DNA of 61,940 nt, taken from NCBI GenBank assembly GCA_008632985.1, contig QPGO01000149.1:124001-185940 (forward strand). The letters are read 5' to 3'. Under the pieces are notes generated by a model. That model was not told the origin of the DNA, did no database searches, and saw only the letters and a list, made by a program, of their open reading frames with translations. Source of the DNA: Psammoneis japonica. Lineage: Eukaryota. Below are positions 54,849 to 61,940 of the stretch, piece by piece; within the stretch, counting starts at the first letter, position 1; each line of letters starts with the position of its first letter. The translations under genes and the position numbers were made by a program.

Positions 54849-55400
54849 AACAAACAAAAATGCAGAGAACCGCAATTGCCAAGTGCTCTCCATGGATTTT
54901 TTCCTCGACACTTTGTGAGAGACTCAACACACATCCTTGCAAAACATCAAGTCATGATTGCTGCAGCAGCAAACATGTCCACAGCCGCTCCGACTCCCTG
55001 CCAGTTGAGAAGGTGAAAACTGAAGTGCCCATTTGCCTCAAAACTGCAAACAATGAGAACCACACCTGTGGACTGCTTTTCATGAAGAATTGAAGCTGTT
55101 TGCTGATGCAAAGGGACTGAAAGAGAAGCATGTGGTTTGCCAAGAGAACCGCGGGGCCAAGGTGCTCTCACCCATTCTCATCAATGGACACCGTGGAAGA
55201 GGGTGGGAAAATCGAAAGCGTCATCCTTCCTTGGTGCATGGAGGGTGGCATTTCAAGAAGACATGCCCTGTCCCAGGAAAGCACCGTGGGTGTGATGGAC
55301 CTGAAGATGAGACGACAATGGAAGTCTGGCAGGCCGCGCAACGAGCATGAGTCATCAGGACAGGCACACGCACACGCACATCTTCTTGTTGTTCCTCGTT
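54849..55400. repeat. Unclassified TpA-depleted fragment abutting the truncated Gypsy
   Basis: TA almost absent until ~55420. The sequence does not continue the integrase. Confidence 0.45.
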
Positions 55401-55582
55401 CCTCGTCTCCTTGCTTGGTTTATCGCGATGACGGACAAACCGAAATTTTGAATTTTGAATGACTATCCATTGACGATGTTGTATAATATATTTAATTTTT
55501 ATTAGACTGCGCTACTGTATTGAGCTTTCCTGCTTTTTCTATCTGCAGTTGCAGACTCTAGACGTGCGTTTTGGTTTCCACG

Positions 55583-58156
55583 ATGAGACGGAGCTGTTCT
55601 TTACGATGTACTTTGCGGTTCGTCACGGTACTTCTATTGATCAATGGTATTGACTGCCGATGGAAGCCCCGACTGGGAAGAAGAAGCAGCAGCAAAGATG
55701 CAACAATAGCTCTAGACCAAAAATGTGACGTTGATCCTTTCACTCCTCCACCAACAATGGTTCAAGACAAAAAGCCCGAGCTGTGGTGGTCCAGCCTTGA
55801 ACGCTATGTCCCAGACTGGGCAATGGAGTATGTGGAACGATTCGATGAGATCGTCATGTACAAGCTCCTGTGGGAATCGTGACAATGTACGTATTTCTGC
55901 GGTTGATATGGACCGGTCGAATTTTTACGGTCTACAAAACACGTGTCGGGTCTGTGGAGGGAGTTTTGAAGCAGGAAGGAAAGAAGAAGCGACGCACAAG
56001 ACGGTATGCTCTCACTATGGATTCTGATGATCAATCGTACGATGTGTATGGAGGTGTCGAGCGAACTAGACGGAGACTGTGTATATCCGCTCTATCGCGA
56101 CTATCGAAACAGCATGAACTACCACAACAAGCAGATGCCGCAATGGAAGCCCTGTCAGTCTCATATAAGCCCGGAAACCCAAGGTATAACTTCGTCGAGG
56201 AGATATCAGGGCCTCTCTCTAGATTAGAACAGGAACTCGTTCGAACTGACACAACTACGACTCTTGGAGAGGACGAGGCCTTTCAAGATACAGCGACGGA
56301 TCTAATTCTCAAGATGTCAGTCAAGACGGCAGAAATCAGAGCTCTAGATGCCCTGCTTCGATTAGCGCGAGACAACTTACTGACTACCTCACTACGTTTG
56401 AATAGAAACAGAAAGCACTGGCAGAGAAGAGTCGCTATCAATGACGACGTTGGGTGGATGTTTGAACGCCTCATGAGTGCGACGATTGAAGGTGATCGTA
56501 TGCGTCATTCCTTTGCCAGCGCCGCATACAAGGGAGAAATTGCTCGACTTGGCTCTATTCAGCAAATTCTTATGGAGGTATGTACCTCGTCAGGGATCAC
56601 TAGCCCTTGGCATCTTGATTCTTCTGATTCTAAAGTACTTCTAATTTTCGTTTTTCCCCGTAGCGACCAGACGACATGACGGATAAAACACTGCTGGATT
56701 CTATCATCAAGAGTCGAAACATGACAGCTGCTGAATTGGCTGAGCAGCGAAAGGAAGCCAGAGCTCGAAGCTGAAACTGCCCAAACTTTCAAGATACAGC
56801 CTTCGGTACAATGCAGAAGGTCGTGGAAGATTCTCCCTTCGTGTACATGACGGTGACACGACGATTCGCGATGATGTAGCTTGGGATGCTCTTGTAAAAA
56901 ACAAAGATTTTGATCCAGACGCCTGGCTTGGAAGAAGCTCAGAACTGGACAGAAGAAGCTCGCTTAAGGCTTTGCAACGTACTCAGAGACGCGATCGAAA
57001 CCAGCATGACAAATTCCAATAACGACAAGACCAGAGACAACCAGGAGATTATTGAAAGTTGGTGCAGTTTTGACAGCGAGACGTCTAGAGACCTTCACAA
57101 GCAGTGGCTAGCAGTACTAGATTTGGTCGATAATCTTGAATCAGTGAAGCACGTTGGGGAAGGGAGGACAGTTACTTTGTCTGAGACCTCGTTGATAAAG
57201 TTCTGGGCTCAGCGAGTTAACGTTTTTGGGATCCCTTCAGCTTTGCTCATGATTTCATTTGCCAACATTGTTCATAATGTGGTTGTGCCGTATTGGCCGA
57301 AACTCAACAAGATGCGAATTGAGTCATCCCAAATTTTGTGGACCATATTTAAGCAGCGTTTCTGGATTCCCTTTTATGGTATCATTCAAGGGTTGATGAA
57401 CAAAGACCCCGGACTTCTTGAAGCTTTCGACATTGACAACGAAGAACAGAGTCTCGATAATATGCTGAAGAATTGCGGTTTTGGTGCGGCACGGCGGCTA
57501 CCCGAAAGGATGCATTACAGAAAGCTTCACGACACTACGAAAATTACATCAAGAGTGGAATATTCTCTGGGGTCGTAAAGGGTGGTTTGCCTCGCCTCAT
57601 GTTAGTTCAGGTGCAGCAGCTGAAAGCGGGCCTTCTACACGCAATGGCAAGCATTGATGTGCTCATAGATGCCAATCGACTCAACATGCAAATCCTAGCA
57701 GCAATTCCAGCTGTGTTGATTGTCTTGATTGGCACACGGTTAATATATCGGTCTCTCTTCACCATAAAAACGAAGACAATTCGATCAGTTAAGGGCGTCC
57801 ATGCAGAGATGGCTGAATACCTTGACGAATGGAGATAGATTTTCTGCTTGCCGCTCCCCCGGTGAATGCGACGGTTGGACAAGATGTGAACGAGTCGCAG
57901 GTGGAATCAGTGACAACTATCGCAACGATTCTACCTTCTACCCAACTTGGTGAATTCGTTCTTCACGTGCACTCCTATCTGACGCTCTTGGATTACTGCT
58001 CGCCGCTTCTTCCAAGAAGAGCTACAAGAGCGAATCCACAAGGCAGTCCAGGAAATGGTGGCATCTCATACATTGGGGATCGACCGACAAATTGCACTAC
58101 TTCGTCTTGTCAAGCAGAAGCACATGGACCTGCTGAAGTACCTAAAGTCATATTGA
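55583..58156 (+). CDS. NCA2 (nuclear control of ATPase 2)-like protein; intron 56578-56663; about six single-base frameshifts as assembled
   Basis: C-terminal FWIPFYGI..EEQSLDNML..YENYIKSGIFSGVVKGGLPRLMLVQVQQLKAGLLHAMASIDVLIDANRLNMQILAAIPA resembles the NCA2 family. Pieces join only via indels. Confidence 0.7.
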
Positions 58157-58286
58157 GTTTTCACTCACATACCGGGGAGCGTAGTGGAAAGCTATCATGG
58201 GAGAACTATTTTATGAGTTATTAAACTTTTTTTCATATGTACACGTACAACGTTTGCAGCATGATTGAGCCAATTTAACTTTGACG

Positions 58287-60128
58287 TCAGCGAAACCGCT
58301 TCATAAGACGCTGTCGTGACGTGGTTGCTGCCTTCTTCTTCTTGGTTGGCGACCCAAACTGTCGTGACACGCTTGACGTTTTACGAGGCGGGGCGCCCGA
58401 CGCACGGCGTTTGCCACTTCCACCCGATGGCTTCCATTCCTCGTCATCACCAAACACAGTCATCCCATCCACATCTTCCCTTTGTTTGCGCTTTGTCGGT
58501 GCGGCGGCGAGTGCGTAGCTAGAGCTCTGGGCAATGACAATTCGAAACTTATTGTCTTTTGGAATCGTATCTTCGTCTTTCTCCTCCATTTTCATGATTG
58601 TGGGAGTATCTTTATCATCAATGTCACCAATCAATGAAGAGCTTCCTGCACTTTTTAATTTCAAGCGCAATTTTGGAGATGCTGCCATGGCCGGCTTTGC
58701 AGTCACCGGGGCGGCACTTATCCCCTCTTTCACGCTTCGATCATATTCCGACTGCAAAGCATCCAGCATATTCTCCACAGTAGCACACTTGCAGTGCTTT
58801 GCTGCAAACATTGCCGCCCCAGCCGGCGAGATGTTGCCAATGGCATCCTGTTTGGAGTGCATTTTCCACCACGTCTTTAATGCCTTCAAGAGCGTAGGTA
58901 TTCCCTCGAGTTCAGTCTTGGATATGGTTCCCTCGCGCATCTTACACAAGTAGTTCCCACCAGCATGGTATTGGAGCGCACAAAAGTGTGGAAAGCGGAA
59001 GCGCTCCTGCACCTTGGCACGTGTTTCAATGCAATACACTTGAAGCTGCAACTCCATTTGAAGACCATGCAAAAAGTTGCCACCAATTACGACAGAGTCA
59101 ACCGGCGTGTAAACAGCGTGAATCCAGCCAGTTGGAATAATTAGAGTCTGATTTGCCTCTAACGTCACCTTGAAGACACTTTCAGGAGATACCATGTCTG
59201 CAAAGAACAGTTGAGCCTGATTGGCATGGCATAGCCATTCTTCGTATGCTTGAAGGTTTTCATTTGTAGGCGGGATCAAGATGAACTGCTTTTGTCCATT
59301 CAAAACATGATACCAAACGGACGAACCTCCAAAGTCGATATGAAAGTCGGTATAGCAACCCGCGGTTGACGTCAAACAATAGTATTGCACAACAGGATAT
59401 TGTCCCTTTTTCTTTTCAGAAACAGGCCAAGCCTGATCGATCCAATCTAAATCACGAACAAACTGTGGAGAAGAAACCATACGTTGTAGAGGCGTTTTGG
59501 AAAATTCCATGGAGATTTGGTTCAAAACCTTGGGTCGCCCAGCTGCTTGAGTATTAGCGGCGCGAGCCGCGGCAGCGCGTTGTGGGCGATTCGTGTTTTG
59601 TTTTTGTTCTGTACTAGCACCTTTGTTGCGTGTTTCATCTTCAAAATAATCCACCAAGTCCTGAATCGTCCAGCCACTCAGTTCTTCTTGAAGTGCCACG
59701 TCAATGACAGATAAGGGATAATGCGGACCAACGACATTCATCACGTCTCGCACGGTAAAGACCTCGTTTTTCTTTTTCGAGCTTGGCACCTGCATTCCAA
59801 TCGACCTTGCCGTGTCCGTACGAGTATGGTTTCGATAATGTAAGCGGTACATTTTCATCTAAGAGAGCAGATGCGGTTAACTTTGATCCGTCCGAAACAT
59901 GTTGAAGAACAAAGGCTGTCTGTGCCGATGATTTGCGTTCCAGAAATCGAGGAATGTGCTGATTGGCATAAGTCGTGTTTTGGTGTTCTTTGGGCGCATC
60001 GTGTAACATCTTTGCAACAAAAATGACTTAACATGAGATATGTCACTTAACTTAGGCATATTCACAAGCTTTCAGTGATAAACAATCACGTTTTTCTTAC
60101 CGCCATTGTCCTCCTCGTTGTCTCTGGC
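58287..60128 (-). CDS. JmjC-domain histone demethylase, KDM2/KDM7 (JHDM1)-like; 5' end frameshifted and probably running into the gap
   Basis: VLNQISMEFS, PQFVRDLDWID, YPVVQYYCL..YTDFHIDFGGSSVWYH..K..PTGWIHAVYTP.DS.VIGGNFLH. Confidence 0.88.
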
Positions 60129-60268
60129 NNNNNNNNNNNNNNNNNNNNNNNNNNNNNNNNNNNNNNNNNNNNNNNNNNNNNNNNNNNNNNNNNNNNNNNN
60201 NNNNNNNNNNNNNNNNNNNNNNNNNNNNNNNNNNNNNNNNNNNNNNNNNNNNNNNNNNNNNNNNNNNN
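60129..60268. other. Assembly gap (N run)
   Basis: N characters. Confidence 1.
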
Positions 60269-61940
60269 GCTGGAAGCGTGACTGCAGACTGACAACCATC
60301 ATGAGCGAGTGCATGCGCTACCATGCTCATGCTTGCTTGCGGTGCATGCACAATGACCGACACTGCGACTGTCCAACACACAACATTTGGCACCACAGCA
60401 ATCAACGGAAAACCTTTGTGCTTTAGCTTGTCCATGGGATTCGTGACACCAAGGACTTCATTTGTTGAGGAAAACAAAGCAGTGCACTCTGTCCAGCTTC
60501 AGCTGGGCTTGAGGTCATCACACAAAAATCTCAAAGCGCGCACTTTGGGAATGACCAACACAGGTGTGGCACAGCTGGCATGCATGAAAACACATCATCT
60601 GGTTTGAGAGTGTGCAGATGACAGATCTTCTGAGCTTAGCCTTGCTTGCCAAAAGCCTGCCCAGCTGATGTCCAGCACAGACCTGCCATGGCTGACACTC
60701 AAGCCCTTCCTCCCAACTTTGCTCCCTTGTGCTTGACCTCTGATTCTTGCACAAATGTTCACAGATTCTTTCAACAAACTCTTCATGCACTTGGCTCGGG
60801 TTGCACAAAAAACAAGGGTGCTGATGTGTGGCCACAGCAAGCTTTGGGCAGTGTGCCAGGTCAGCAGATTGATTGCTGCACCTTTGGGCAGCTCAAGCAG
60901 GCCCAGCACCCGCCGCAGGCTTCACAGCTCCACTGTCAATGCCATGTGTGGGGGCTTGCCCCCTTGGGGGGGATGCACTGCCCTTGGTGCCTTCAAAAAT
61001 CAATCCAGCACCTTTTAACTTCAATTTGCTTGACATGCAACAACTTGCAGCTCAGATTGCAAAGCCCCAAGTGACTTCCGAGGCTTGGCAGCTGCCACTG
61101 TTGTCTCTGTTGTTGCGCCCACATTGTTGCAGCAACTGAAAACAAATGAAAGAAGACCATGGCAGTCCTTTGCACAATGTGACAGTGTTTCACATGTTTT
61201 TGACAGCTGGGAGAGTGCACATCTCCAACACAGCCGATGAGCGCAGTTTGCACCAGAGGCAAAAGACAAAGAGGACAACCGAGCTTGTCATGGAGTTGCC
61301 ACATGGAAGGAACAGAAGTTGTGGCAACAAGGGAAACATGAAAAAATGATTGAAGAAGCTCCAAATAGAGCAGCAAAGTGATGAAAAATCTGTGGTGCAC
61401 TCAAGAACAAGAAGATTGCCAAGATTGTCATGAACACCTGAGATGAGTCACCAGATGAGGCATCATCTTGTTTCAAGCAATTCCTTGCTTCATGATGTCA
61501 TGAATGCAGCAGGATGCAGCAATGAAAAGCACCCTTCCATGGGGTCAAAATTGACCTGGCTCCAAGACAAGATGCATGGTGCAACACATTTCTGCAATGA
61601 CCCCCAGTCCTCAAAGCCTTGACATGTTTTGTGGGTTGCACAGATTTTCACAATGAGATTGTCATGTGAGAGGTGGAGCCACCACCATCTCATTCTGAGC
61701 TGGTTGTGGCTCTTTTGGAAGGAAGGGGGTGACAGGAGTTGGCACCATCTCAGACAATGAGGATGTGCCTGGAAAGCATGCAAGCAAACCACACTTTCTG
61801 CTTCAAACAGAGATGAGGAAGAAAGCATGATGGCGCAAGACTCAGACTCACATCAGCCTGCAAGCTCAGCCGGGAAACATGAAGCCTCAGTCCCTGAAAA
61901 AGGGGCTGTCACCAAGAAAAGAAGAGGGGCACCAGATAAA
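60269..61940. mobile_element. Unclassified, heavily mutated repeat, depleted in both TpA and CpG
   Basis: Few TA or CG and strong TG/CA excess. No family motif recognised. Confidence 0.55.

Noticed and set aside
34827..55400. Classical RIP or CpG decay as the cause of the TG/CA excess
   Set aside because: RIP creates TA and stop codons. CG remains abundant in the Copia, and Tyr->Cys/His cannot come from C->T changes.
58287..59858. JmjC gene as part of the hypermutation machinery
   Set aside because: Ordinary conserved KDM2/7-like enzyme; only proximity links it.

Overview
Eukaryotic genomic DNA, most likely a diatom (short GT-AG introns, signal peptide + AF plastid-type presequences, CoDi-like Copia and Gypsy elements). 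The organism is inferred, not proven. The left half (1-34 kb) is gene-rich: URG1/GTP cyclohydrolase II-like, three TPR/coiled-coil/PH paralogues, a mucin-stalk membrane protein, GST, Sel1-TM protein, bestrophin, GARP/SHAQKYF Myb and two paralogous repeat-rich proteins. The right half is a nested transposon cluster. There a host-like gene is split by a TTAA MITE, which is itself split by a two-LTR Gypsy element. An REase-kinase gene follows, then a complete Copia inserted in a truncated Gypsy, then frameshifted NCA2-like and JmjC genes. The most striking signal is that the repeat-rich domains have lost most TpA dinucleotides by TA->CA and TA->TG transitions. Conserved Tyr/Leu residues of RT, RNase H and integrase became Cys/His/Pro/Ser. 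Sister LTRs and target-site duplications differ at TA sites on both strands, and the effect stops at fairly sharp boundaries. This looks like a genomic, repeat-targeted A:T->G:C hypermutation process running in the opposite direction to fungal RIP. All counts were made by eye.
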